Shown: positions 15,117 to 26,610 of the stretch, piece by piece
Layout of the letters: every line of letters starts with the position of its first letter
Position numbering within the stretch: position 1 is the stretch's first letter
Source: Gemmatimonadota bacterium
GTDB lineage: Bacteria > Gemmatimonadota > Gemmatimonadetes > Palauibacterales > Palauibacteraceae
Reading direction: 5' to 3'
DNA: 36,566 nt
NCBI GenBank assembly: GCA_039585935.1
Contig: JBDGUY010000001.1
Location: forward strand, 1-36,566
Made by a program: the position numbers and the translations under genes
Notes under the pieces: generated by a model
The model's input: the letters and a program-made list of their open reading frames with translations, nothing else
What the model was told of the DNA's origin: nothing
Database searches by the model: none

Positions 15117-16134
15117 CCATCCGGGTGGCGGCCCGGTAGACAGTGTACTCGAAACGATCGGCTGGACACCGCTCATCCGACTGAATAGAGTTTCGGAGAA
15201 CATTCGCACGCCCGTGTTCATCAAGGCCGAGTCCTTCAATCCGGGCGGCTCGGTGAAAGACCGGATCGGCCTCGCGATGATCGATACGGCCGAGCGCGAT
15301 GGTCTTCTCGGTCCTGGCGGAACCATCGTCGAGGGAACGTCAGGGAATACCGGTATCGGTCTGGCATTGGTAGCCGCCGTACGTGGCTACCGGTGCATTT
15401 TTTCCATTCCCGACAAAATGAGCGACGAGAAGATCAGGCTCCTGCGGGCATTCGGGGCCGAGGTCGTGGTTACGCCATCTGACGTCTCGCCCGATCACCC
15501 GGATTACTATGTCAACGTGGCGAAGCGGATCGCGCAGGAAACGCCCGGTGCGTTCATGGCGAACCAGCACTACAACCAGGAGAACCCCGAGGCGCATTAC
15601 CGGACAACCGGTCCGGAGATCTGGAAGCAGACGGGGGGAGGGGTCACACACTTCGTCACGTCCCCCGGGACGGGAGGCACGATCAGCGGGACCGCCCGGT
15701 TTCTGAAGGAGAAGAACGACAGGATCAGGATCGTGGCTGGAGACCCGGTCGGCTCGATCTATGCCGAGTACTCCCGCACCGGATCGAAGGGTGACGAAGC
15801 GGCGTATCTCGTGGAGGGTATCGGAAACGACAAGATCTCTTCGACTCTCCATTTCGAGTGGATCGATGAGTTTCGCACCGTGACCGATGTAGAAGCATTC
15901 TCGATGGCGAGACGGCTGGCCCGCGAAGAGGGGCTACTGTCTGGCGCCTCGACCGGACTGATCGTCAAGGTTGCGCTCGACGTGGCGCGGGAGTTGGATG
16001 ATCCTGATTCGTGTGTCGTGACCCTGCTGTGTGACACCGGGGAGCGATATCTGTCGAAGGTGTTCGACGAAGACTGGCTGCGCGAGAACGGGTTGTCGGC
16101 CGTACTCGAGGCCGAAGCCGAGGCGAGAGGTTGA
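15097..16134 (+). CDS. PLP-dependent cysteine synthase / cystathionine beta-synthase-family enzyme (no CBS-pair domain)
   Basis: Track ORF trimmed to ATG 15097 (GGAGAGG 9 nt upstream). PLP-lysine motif NPGGSVKDR and GTSGNTG are present; IFSIPDKMSDEKIRLLRAFGAEV is CBS-like. Confidence 0.88.
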   Translation: MTELFPDHPGGGPVDSVLETIGWTPLIRLNRVSENIRTPVFIKAESFNPGGSVKDRIGLAMIDTAERDGLLGPGGTIVEGTSGNTGIGLALVAAVRGYRCIFSIPDKMSDEKIRLLRAFGAEVVVTPSDVSPDHPDYYVNVAKRIAQETPGAFMANQHYNQENPEAHYRTTGPEIWKQTGGGVTHFVTSPGTGGTISGTARFLKEKNDRIRIVAGDPVGSIYAEYSRTGSKGDEAAYLVEGIGNDKISSTLHFEWIDEFRTVTDVEAFSMARRLAREEGLLSGASTGLIVKVALDVARELDDPDSCVVTLLCDTGERYLSKVFDEDWLRENGLSAVLEAEAEARG

Positions 16135-16139
16135 GAGCG

Positions 16140-17165
16140 ATGCGAGTAGCCGTGCTGCTCGGTGGAACCAGCGAGGAGCGGAAGGTGTCGCTCGCGTCCG
16201 GCCGGGCCGTTCTCGAGGCGCTGCGCAGTCGCGGGCATTCCGCCGTGGCGGTCGACCCGGCGTTCGGCGCGATCCCGGGTGACGAGGAGGACCACTATCT
16301 CGGGGGCGCGGTCGGCCCGGCTCCCCCCGAGATCGAGGATCTGCGGGCCATGGGACTGGTAGCCCTGGGGAACGCGCTGGCGGAACTGCCTGCCGTTCGT
16401 GACGCGGATGTCGCCTTCATCGCGCTCCATGGAGGCGATGGTGAAAACGGCCGCGTGCAGGCGCTGCTCGACGTAGGAGGTGTTCCGTACACGGGCAGCG
16501 GGTTTATCGGTTCGTCGATCGCGTTCGACAAGCGGTTGTCCAAGGAATTGCTCGCACAGGCGGGGGTCCCGACACCGGACTGGGCGCCCCGCGGCCAGGC
16601 GCCAGGCTCCATCCTCGGAAGCCTGGGACTACCGCTCGTCGTCAAACCTTCGTGCGGCGGATCCACGGTCGGGCTGACGATCGTGCGCGAGGCGGAAGAG
16701 CTGGGGGCCGCGATCGGGCTCGCGGGTCGCTACGACACGGATGTGTTGTGCGAGGCGTTCATCCCGGGCAAGGAGCTCACGGTGGCAGTGCTGGACGGCC
16801 AGCCGCTACCCGCCGTCGAGATCTTCCCCGGGAACGAGATCTACGATTACGAGTCGAAATACACGCCGGGGAAGTCGCGCTATGAAACACCGGCGGCACT
16901 CCACGAAGACGAGTCTGACCGGTTGGCGGAACTCGCGGTTCGCGCTTATCACGCGCTGCGCCAGGAATCGTTCAGCCGCATAGACTTCCGACGAGACGAG
17001 AGCGGCACGTTCTGGTGCCTGGAGGCGAATTCCGTTCCCGGTCTCACGACAACGAGCCTGGTTCCGAAGGCTGCCGCTGCCGCGGGTATCGATTTCCCGG
17101 AGCTGTGTGAGCGGATCGCCGCCGCCGCTGTCGCGGTCAGCCCGAATCCTCGCGCGAGGAGCTGA
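16140..17165 (+). CDS. ddl: D-alanine--D-alanine ligase
   Basis: MRVAVLLGGTSEERKVSLASG.. N-terminus and ATP-grasp pattern. ATG 16140 is preferred over TTG 16131 because GAGAGG lies 9 nt upstream. Confidence 0.92.
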   Translation: MRVAVLLGGTSEERKVSLASGRAVLEALRSRGHSAVAVDPAFGAIPGDEEDHYLGGAVGPAPPEIEDLRAMGLVALGNALAELPAVRDADVAFIALHGGDGENGRVQALLDVGGVPYTGSGFIGSSIAFDKRLSKELLAQAGVPTPDWAPRGQAPGSILGSLGLPLVVKPSCGGSTVGLTIVREAEELGAAIGLAGRYDTDVLCEAFIPGKELTVAVLDGQPLPAVEIFPGNEIYDYESKYTPGKSRYETPAALHEDESDRLAELAVRAYHALRQESFSRIDFRRDESGTFWCLEANSVPGLTTTSLVPKAAAAAGIDFPELCERIAAAAVAVSPNPRARS

Positions 17166-17170
17166 ACGGC

Positions 17171-18121
17171 ATGGGCCTTTGGGACCGGTCTTACACAGGA
17201 GGGCCGCAGCGGACCGCGGGAGGCGGATTCGGATTCGGCGCGGGCGGAGGCCCGACCGGGGCGGGTCGCCGTGACCCGTTCGCGTCGCTCACTCCGTGGG
17301 TTAAGAGACTCCTGGCAATCAACTTCGGGATCTGGGCGTTGCTGGCCATCGGCCTCATCCCGTGGGGCGCCGCCAGCGATCTCCTGGCGTTCCGAGCTGA
17401 CCGGATACTCACACGGCCATGGACGATCGTCACATATATGTTCGTTCACGCCGGGTTCGGGCACGTGTTCTTCAACATGCTCGCACTGTTCTTCTTCGGA
17501 CCACCTCTGGAGCGGACGTGGGGAGGCCGGGAGTTCATTACCTACTACCTGGTATGCGGTGTCGGTGGGGCGATCGCGGCGCTGCTGCTCGTGAACATCG
17601 TCGGAGTCGCGCCAATGGTGGGAGCCTCGGCCGCCATTTTCGGAATTCTACTGGCGTTCGCGATATCCTGGCCCGACGCCCCGATCTATCTCTGGTTCCT
17701 GCTGCCGATCAAGGCGAAGTACTTCGTAGGATTCCTCGCCCTGCTCACCCTGTATTCGACGATTACCGCGAGTCGCTCGACGGGTGGAACGGCGCACTGG
17801 GCACACCTTGGTGGTCTGGTCGCGGGCTGGCTGTGGCTCCGATACGGAAACCGAATCGAGCAAGCAACGGATCGGGCGGTGGTGAAGGTGAAGAAGTCGC
17901 GACGAGGCCTGAAGACGGTCAAGCGCGAATCGACCGATGCCGGACAGAAGCGGACTGCGAAGCGTAAACCGCGGACTCCACGCACCGGTGATACGCTGGA
18001 CGAGGTGAACCGGATTCTGGACAAGATCGGCGAAAAGGGAATGGAATCTCTCACGCCGGCCGAACTGAAGTTCCTGAATGAAATGAGTCAGCGGAGGACG
18101 GACCCGGACCGAAGGCACTGA
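17171..18121 (+). CDS. Rhomboid-family intramembrane serine protease with a basic/helical C-terminal tail
   Basis: Catalytic GASAAIFG (GxSxxxxG) and a downstream HLGG, with multiple TM helices. The C-terminal tail reads ..KRKPRTPRTGDTLDEVNRILDKIGEKGMESLTPAELKFLNEMS. Confidence 0.88.
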   Translation: MGLWDRSYTGGPQRTAGGGFGFGAGGGPTGAGRRDPFASLTPWVKRLLAINFGIWALLAIGLIPWGAASDLLAFRADRILTRPWTIVTYMFVHAGFGHVFFNMLALFFFGPPLERTWGGREFITYYLVCGVGGAIAALLLVNIVGVAPMVGASAAIFGILLAFAISWPDAPIYLWFLLPIKAKYFVGFLALLTLYSTITASRSTGGTAHWAHLGGLVAGWLWLRYGNRIEQATDRAVVKVKKSRRGLKTVKRESTDAGQKRTAKRKPRTPRTGDTLDEVNRILDKIGEKGMESLTPAELKFLNEMSQRRTDPDRRH

Positions 18122-18217
18122 GACCCGCCGACCGACCTTTCGGGTCGCCAACGACGCGGATAGAATGGCAGGTCTGTCCCTCTTCGAATCACTTCCCAGC
18201 CTGGAGGAAAAGGCGCG

Positions 18218-20314
18218 ATGGCTGTCGAATACCGTTCCTCTAACATCAGAAACGTCGTTCTTCTCGGTCACGGTGGAAGTGGCAAGACGACTTTGACCGA
18301 TGCGCTGTGCTATATCGCCGGCTCCACCTCGCGACGGGGTCAGGTCGAGAACGGGACGTCGCACACGGACTTCACGCACGAAGAGATCGACCACGGGATC
18401 TCCATCAATCTTACAGTCGCCCGAGCCGAGTGGCTGGACACGAAGCTCAACCTGATCGACACCCCGGGATACCTCGATTTCTTCGGTGAAGTCGAGGCGG
18501 GAGTCAGGGTTGCCGATGGAGCTCTCGTGGTCGTCGGCGCCACGTCGGGAGTCGAGGTAGGGACGGAGCGCTGCTGGCGCGCCGCCGAGCGCCGCGGCAT
18601 TCCGCGCATGGTATTCATCAGCATGATGGACCGGGAGAACGCGAGCTTCGACAAGGCGTTTCAGCAGGTCCGCGAAACGTTCGGCAAGGGAGCCATTCCG
18701 GTCGAGGTGCCGATCGGCAGCGGCGAGAACTTCAGCGGAATCGTCAACTTGTTTTCCGGCCACGCTCATCACTACCGGCCTGGTTCTGACAAGGGCGAGT
18801 ACGATCACGTCGAGATTCCCGACGAGGTGGCGGCTACGGTCGACAGCTACCGCGAGCAGCTGATCGAATCGATCGCCGCAACGGATGACGCCCTGCTCGA
18901 GGCGTATCTCGAGGGCGAAGAGCTGGATCGTGAGCGGGTACTCGCGGGGATGAAACTCGGAATGATGCGGGGTGAGCTGTTCCCCGTGTTTTGCGGTTCT
19001 GGCGCCAGCGGGAAGGGGGCTCGCGCCGTTCTCAAGAAACTCGTAGAGCTGATGCCCGACCCGACGGAAATTGGAGTCGTCGAGGCCGAGGATTCGCGCG
19101 GCAATGCCGTGGAGCTGGAACCCGCCGACGCATCCCCGATGACGGCTCTCGTGTTCAAGACCACGCAGGAACCCAGGGTCGGGGAATTGAGCTTCTTCCG
19201 CGTGTTCACAGGCGTGGCCGAGAGTGGTGCGACGGTGGACAACCCATCGCGTGGCGGCAGTGAGCGCATCTCGCATGTCGGGATTCCTGACGCCGCCACG
19301 CGTGGAGAGGTCGAGAGACTGCATGCCGGAGACATCGGCGTGGTTGCCAAGCTCAAGAACACGCACACCGGCGACACCCTGAGCACGGGAGGAAAGGGTC
19401 TGACTCTGCCGGGAATCTCCTGGCCGAAAGCGGACATTTCGATCGCTCTGCGTCCGGCTTCGCGTGGAGAGGAAGACAAGCTGTCCAACGGTCTGAGCAA
19501 GCTGCACGAGGAGGATCCTACCTTCTCCGCGAGCTTCGAGCCGGAACTCGGTCAGACGATCGCTCGAGGGCTTGGCGAGCTGCACCTGAACATCGCGATG
19601 GAGCGATTGTCGCGGAAGTACGGGGTGAAGGTCGAGACCGAACCCCCGCGGATTCCGTACCGGGAGACGATCACGAAATCGGCTGAGGGACAGGGGCGAT
19701 ACAAGAAGCAGACGGGCGGCAGGGGTCAGTTCGGAGACTGCTGGCTGCGGATCCGCCCCCGGAGTCGCGGCGAGGGCTACGAGTTCACCAACAAGATCGT
19801 CGGTGGCTCGATCCCCGGGAAGTTCATTCCGGCCGTGGACAAGGGAGTGAAGGAAGCTTCGGCGCGCGGCGTGATCGCCGGATATCCAGTCGTCGACTTC
19901 GAGGTGGAATGCTACGACGGATCGTACCACTCGGTCGACAGCTCCGAGAACGCGTTCAAGGTCGCCGGCTCGATGGCGTTCCGGAAGGTTGCGCAGCAGG
20001 CGCGGCCGATCCTTCTGGAGCCGATCATGACCGTCACGGTCAGAGTGCCGGAAGACTATATGGGCGAGGTGATCGGTGACCTGAACCAGCGCCGCGGTCG
20101 GATCCTGGGCATGGATGCGGACGGGCACTGGCAGGAAGTGAAGGCGCAGGTGCCACTGGCGGAACTGTACAAGTATTCGACTTCGCTGCGGTCGCTGACC
20201 CAGGGGAAGGGCTTGCACTCGCGCGAACTTCACGGATATGAGCCCGTGCCGAACGACGTCACGGCGAAGATCGTGGCGGATTCCGAAGCCCGGAAAGAGG
20301 CAGAAGGACACTGA
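18218..20314 (+). CDS. Elongation factor G paralog (EF-G2/FusA2-like)
   Basis: 698 aa with EF-G five-domain length. G1 is GHGGSGKTT and G3 is DTPGYLDF, but the G4 position reads SMMD (18620-18631) rather than NKxD. It is not in an rpsL-rpsG-fusA-tuf context. GGAGG lies upstream of the ATG. Confidence 0.9.
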   Translation: MAVEYRSSNIRNVVLLGHGGSGKTTLTDALCYIAGSTSRRGQVENGTSHTDFTHEEIDHGISINLTVARAEWLDTKLNLIDTPGYLDFFGEVEAGVRVADGALVVVGATSGVEVGTERCWRAAERRGIPRMVFISMMDRENASFDKAFQQVRETFGKGAIPVEVPIGSGENFSGIVNLFSGHAHHYRPGSDKGEYDHVEIPDEVAATVDSYREQLIESIAATDDALLEAYLEGEELDRERVLAGMKLGMMRGELFPVFCGSGASGKGARAVLKKLVELMPDPTEIGVVEAEDSRGNAVELEPADASPMTALVFKTTQEPRVGELSFFRVFTGVAESGATVDNPSRGGSERISHVGIPDAATRGEVERLHAGDIGVVAKLKNTHTGDTLSTGGKGLTLPGISWPKADISIALRPASRGEEDKLSNGLSKLHEEDPTFSASFEPELGQTIARGLGELHLNIAMERLSRKYGVKVETEPPRIPYRETITKSAEGQGRYKKQTGGRGQFGDCWLRIRPRSRGEGYEFTNKIVGGSIPGKFIPAVDKGVKEASARGVIAGYPVVDFEVECYDGSYHSVDSSENAFKVAGSMAFRKVAQQARPILLEPIMTVTVRVPEDYMGEVIGDLNQRRGRILGMDADGHWQEVKAQVPLAELYKYSTSLRSLTQGKGLHSRELHGYEPVPNDVTAKIVADSEARKEAEGH

Positions 20315-20395
20315 TCCGCCGCCGGTATCCGATCGGGGATTTCTTCGGCGGTTCGCGAAGGAGAGTCGGACGTACGACTGACGGGAGAGACGAGC

Positions 20396-21148
20396 TTGGC
20401 CGGACATAGTAAATGGGCGCAGATCAAGCGCTCGAAGGCAGTGACAGACGCTGCCCGGGGCCGGACTTTCGGCAAGATGGGCCGAGAAATAGCGGTCGCG
20501 GCGCGTCTCGGCGGCGGCGACCCGAATTTCAATTCCCGGCTGCGCACGGCGATCGCCACGGCGAAGTCCGTGAACATGCCGGCGGCGAACATCGACCGGG
20601 CGATCCAGCGTGGGACCGGCGAGTTGCCCGGAATGAGTTTCGAGGAGACGACCTACGAAGGGTACGGACCCGGTGGCGTGGCTCTTCTCATGGAGTGCGT
20701 CACCGACAATACGAACCGTACGGTCGCGGAATTGCGGCACCGGATCGAGAAGTCCGGCGGAAACCTGGGGCAGACGGGCTCCGTGGCCTGGATGTTCGAG
20801 CGCAAGGGTCAGATTTACGTGGACGCCGGAAGATATCCGGAAGATGCCGTATTCGAGTCGGCGATCGCGGCGGGTGCCGAGGACCTGGCCACCGAGGACG
20901 ATACGCACGTGCTTACGACCGCGGTCAGTGAATTCCACGTCGTGCAGGACGCGCTTCGCGCCGGTGGAATCGAGGTGTCTGAGGCGGAACTCGCCTGGTT
21001 GCCCACCAACACGATCCGGGTGGAGGGGAGAGAAGCCGAAAAGCTCATCCGTCTGATCGAGGATATCGAAGAGCACGACGACGTAATGAAGCTGTGGGCG
21101 AATTTCGAGGTCGACGAAGAGGCGTTCGCTGCCCTGGGAGCCGAATGA
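20396..21148 (+). CDS. yebC: YebC/PmpR-family transcriptional/translation-associated regulator
   Basis: The family-typical N-terminus MAGHSKWAQIKR is obtained only with the TTG 20396 start; 250 aa. Confidence 0.93.
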   Translation: MAGHSKWAQIKRSKAVTDAARGRTFGKMGREIAVAARLGGGDPNFNSRLRTAIATAKSVNMPAANIDRAIQRGTGELPGMSFEETTYEGYGPGGVALLMECVTDNTNRTVAELRHRIEKSGGNLGQTGSVAWMFERKGQIYVDAGRYPEDAVFESAIAAGAEDLATEDDTHVLTTAVSEFHVVQDALRAGGIEVSEAELAWLPTNTIRVEGREAEKLIRLIEDIEEHDDVMKLWANFEVDEEAFAALGAE

Positions 21149-21180
21149 GAGTGCTTTCCAGCTCGCGAACCCGGGTGGGC

Positions 21181-21215
21181 AAAGGGACGGGGAATCCCCC
21201 CGTCCCTTTGGTTTT
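21181..21215 (+). terminator. Rho-independent terminator-like hairpin between yebC and ruvC
   Basis: AAAGGGACGGGG-aatcc-CCCCGTCCCTTT (12-bp perfect stem, 21181-21209) followed by GGTTTTCC. It ends 3 nt before the ruvC GTG. Confidence 0.7.
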
Positions 21216-21218
21216 CCA

Positions 21219-21725
21219 GTGAGGGTCCTCGGAATCGATCCCGGATCGGCCGCGACCGGATTCGGAGTGGTCGAAGGGACGGCCAACCGCCTGCGACTCG
21301 TCGAGTGCGGAGTGATCCGTCCGACGCGGGGAGCGCAGCTCGCCGACCGGCTTCTGGAGATTCACGATGGTGTCGCCGCCGTGATCGACAGATCCGCACC
21401 AGACTGCCTCTCGGTGGAAGGGGTCTTCTACGGTGAGAACGTGCGTACGGCGGTGATCCTGGCGCACGCTCGTGGAGTGGCCCTTCTGGCAGGGGCCGGG
21501 CGCGGCCTGGTGGTCGCAGAGTATCCGCCGGCGGAGATCAAGAAGGCGGTGGTCGGGACCGGCCGGGCGACCAAGGAGCAAGTAGGCTGGATGGTCCAGA
21601 AGCTACTGGGACTGTCGGAGCCTCCGCACCCGAGCGACGCCGCCGACGGGTGCGCCGCAGCGATCTGCCATATCCTGATCGGGACCGGACCGCTGGCGAA
21701 ACGTACGGAAAGGGCATTGTCGTGA
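21219..21725 (+). CDS. ruvC: Holliday junction resolvase RuvC
   Basis: N-terminus (GTG)RVLGIDPGSAATGFGVVE, typical of RuvC; 168 aa. Confidence 0.93.
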   Translation: MRVLGIDPGSAATGFGVVEGTANRLRLVECGVIRPTRGAQLADRLLEIHDGVAAVIDRSAPDCLSVEGVFYGENVRTAVILAHARGVALLAGAGRGLVVAEYPPAEIKKAVVGTGRATKEQVGWMVQKLLGLSEPPHPSDAADGCAAAICHILIGTGPLAKRTERALS

Positions 21726-22318
21726 TCGGACGTGTGCGAGGGGAACTGCTGGAGGTGGAGTCCGATCGCCTCACCCTGATGACGGCCGGGGGCGTAGGGT
21801 ACGTGATTTTGGTGCCGGCGAGCGTATTCGAGAATCTGCCGTTGCCGGGCCAGCCGGTGGATCTGCACACCGCCATGGTCGTTCGGGACGATGCCCTGCT
21901 GCTGTTCGGGTTCTCGTCCGCCCGAGATCGAGAGCTGTTTCTCCGGCTGCGGGCTGCATCCGGCGTCGGTCCGAAGCTCGCTCTATCGATACTGAGCGCA
22001 CTGCCGACGCGGCGCATCGTAGGCGCAATTCGGGGGCGTGAGCCGGCCGTGCTGCAGACCGTGACCGGAGTCGGCAAGAAGACAGCGGAGCGGCTGGTGC
22101 TCGAGCTCGGCGACAAGCTGGATGATCTCGGCTCCGCCGAAGACGGCAGCGACTCCGGGTCGGCTATGACCGGCACCGGCGCCGCGCTGGAAGCGCTGCG
22201 TGCACTCGGGTATTCGGCCGTGGAGGCAGAGGCCGCCGTGGCGGTCGCACGTCGGGAATCCGCCGACGGTTTTCCGGGTACCGAGGATCTCGTGCGTGCC
22301 GCTCTGCGCCACCTGTAG
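21722..22318 (+). CDS. ruvA: Holliday junction branch migration protein RuvA
   Basis: Track ORF trimmed to GTG 21722 (GTGA overlap with the ruvC stop). N-terminus VIGRVRGELLEV..GGVGYVILVP, with HhH motifs ASGVGPKLALSIL and VTGVGKKTAERLVLEL. Confidence 0.92.
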   Translation: MIGRVRGELLEVESDRLTLMTAGGVGYVILVPASVFENLPLPGQPVDLHTAMVVRDDALLLFGFSSARDRELFLRLRAASGVGPKLALSILSALPTRRIVGAIRGREPAVLQTVTGVGKKTAERLVLELGDKLDDLGSAEDGSDSGSAMTGTGAALEALRALGYSAVEAEAAVAVARRESADGFPGTEDLVRAALRHL

Positions 22319-22348
22319 CGCACGCCGGCCGGGACGAGCGGAGGGAAT

Positions 22349-23381
22349 ATGACGGATCGGATAGAAGTGACGACGCCCGAGACACTGTCCGGCGAGGAGA
22401 CGCTGGAGCAGTCGTTGCGTCCGTCGCGCCTGTCCGAGTTCGTCGGCCAGGACAAGCTTAAGGAAGCCCTCGACATCTACATTCGAGCGGCACTGGGTCG
22501 CGAAGAGGCGCTGGACCACACGCTGTTCTTCGGCCCGCCCGGCCTCGGGAAGACGACGCTGGCCATGCTGATGGCTCACGAACTCGGGGTGAAGATCAAG
22601 ATCACGTCGGGTCCGGTGCTCGAGAAGCCGGGCGACCTGGCGGCACTCCTGACGAATCTCGAGCCCCGGGACATCCTGTTCATCGACGAGATCCACAGGC
22701 TGCGACCGGTAATCGAGGAGTACCTGTATCCGGCGATGGAGGACTATCGGATCGAGATCCGACTGAGTGACGGCGCGCGTGCCCAGACCATGTCGATGCG
22801 CATCGAAAAATTCACGCTGGTTGGGGCGACGACCAGGTTCGGTCTTCTCACGGCGCCGATGCGAGCGAGATTCGGGGTCGTAGAGCGACTCGGGTACTAT
22901 CCAGCCGACGAACTGCACCAGATCGTAGAACGGTCGGCAGACATTCTCGGTGTACCGGTGCGCGAGGACGGTGCCGCTGAGATCGCTCGCCGGTCACGCG
23001 GCACGCCCAGGATCGCGAACCGCCTTCTACGGCGGGTGCGGGACTTCGCGGAAGTCAGAGGCGATGGCACGATCGATGACGCTACCGCGCGTTCGGCTCT
23101 CGAGATGCTCAACGTGGACGAATACGGACTCGACGAGATGGACAGTCGCATCCTGAAGGCGATCATCGAGAATTTCGAAGGCGGACCCGTCGGGCTGAAT
23201 TCACTCGCCGTCGCGGTTGGCGAGGACGCCTCGACGCTGGAAGAAGTCTATGAACCCTATCTGATCCAGACCGGTTATCTGCAGCGCACGGCACGCGGAC
23301 GCACGGCGACCCGTAGGGCGTTCCAGAGATTCGGTTACGCGCTGCCAGGCGAAAGCGGGTCACAATCCACCCTGTTCAGCG

Positions 23382-23392
<11 letters not shown>
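22349..23392 (+). CDS. ruvB: Holliday junction DNA helicase RuvB
   Basis: [14 protein letters not shown], Walker [12 protein letters not shown], Walker B FIDEIHRL, and [15 protein letters not shown]. Confidence 0.97.
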
Positions 23393-25660
<2,268 letters not shown>

Positions 25661-25684
25661 TTCACGATCGACGATGGAGGTATC

Positions 25685-26011
25685 GTGCTGCCAGTACACG
25701 TGTTGATGCTGCAGGCCAGCGGAACCCCGCAGGGGCAGAGCCCCTTCGGCATGCTGTTCATGTTCGGGGCGATCTTCGCGATCTTCTACTTCCTGCTGAT
25801 CAGGCCGCAGCGAAACCAGCAGAAGGCGCATGACGAGATGGTTGCCGCGCTTTCGAAGGGTGATGATGTGGCTACGATCGGCGGAATCGTCGGGAAGATC
25901 GTTCACCTGACGGACGACCGGGTCACGATTCGCACCGCGGGCGACACCCGACTCGAGATCGAGCGCTCGAAGATCGGTCACAAGGTCTCGGCTGACAGCA
26001 CCGGAAGCTGA
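25685..26011 (+). CDS. yajC: Preprotein translocase subunit YajC
   Basis: One TM helix then FLLIRPQRNQQKAHDEMVAALSKGDDVATIGGIVGKIV. GGAGG lies upstream of the GTG start. Confidence 0.9.
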   Translation: MLPVHVLMLQASGTPQGQSPFGMLFMFGAIFAIFYFLLIRPQRNQQKAHDEMVAALSKGDDVATIGGIVGKIVHLTDDRVTIRTAGDTRLEIERSKIGHKVSADSTGS

Positions 26012-26013
26012 CG

Positions 26014-26535
26014 ATGGCGGTGCGGGACATCCGAATCCTCGGCGACTCGGCCCTCCGGGTTCGCTGCAGTGAGGTCGAGAAGATCGATGACGAGGTGCGT
26101 GAACTCGTGGACGATCTGATGGATACGATGTACGCGGCGGACGGAATCGGTCTCGCTGCGCCACAGGTGGGAATCCCGCTTCGAGTGTTCGTCTATGACG
26201 TGCGCGAGCCGGAGATCGAGCCGGGCGTCTTGATCAACCCGCGATTCGTGGAGGCCGGAGGCACAATCCGGGATACCGAGGGCTGTCTGAGCATCCCGGG
26301 GTTGAACGAGACAGTGGAGCGCTACTCGGAAGTGGTAGTTGAAGGCCTCGATCGAGAAGGCCGCGCTGTTCGAATCGAAGCGACGGACCTGCTCAGCCGC
26401 TGCCTGCAGCACGAGAACGACCACCTGGACGGCATTCTGTTCATCGACCATCTGAGCCCGTTGAAGCGAAAACTGCTGCTGAACAAATGGTCGAAAATGG
26501 ATGAATCGGAGAAACGACCTGCCGGGGCTTTCTGA
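26014..26535 (+). CDS. def: Peptide deformylase
   Basis: Motifs GIGLAAPQVG, EGCLSIPG and QHENDHLDG. Confidence 0.97.
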   Translation: MAVRDIRILGDSALRVRCSEVEKIDDEVRELVDDLMDTMYAADGIGLAAPQVGIPLRVFVYDVREPEIEPGVLINPRFVEAGGTIRDTEGCLSIPGLNETVERYSEVVVEGLDREGRAVRIEATDLLSRCLQHENDHLDGILFIDHLSPLKRKLLLNKWSKMDESEKRPAGAF

Positions 26536-26610
26536 TCGCCCGAAAGTCCCGGTCCGCGTACGACGCGGCACTTCTCCGCTTCGCCTCGTCCGAGATTCCT
26601 GGAGGGACTC

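Noticed and set aside
18122-18217. Possible terminators after the rhomboid gene (CGACC-tttcg-GGTCG), after the EF-G paralog (20316-20351) and after NUDIX (CCTGAC..GTCAGG, 8725-8750)
   Set aside because: The stems are only 5-6 bp with long or irregular loops and no U-tracts, so they are not distinguishable from background in GC-rich sequence.
17648-21286. 1212-aa minus-strand ORF, the longest in the track
   Set aside because: It runs antisense to four clearly recognisable plus-strand genes (rhomboid, EF-G paralog, yebC, ruvC start). Its translation is Arg/Gly/Pro/His-rich with no motifs. This is a typical stop-codon-poor antisense frame in GC-rich DNA.
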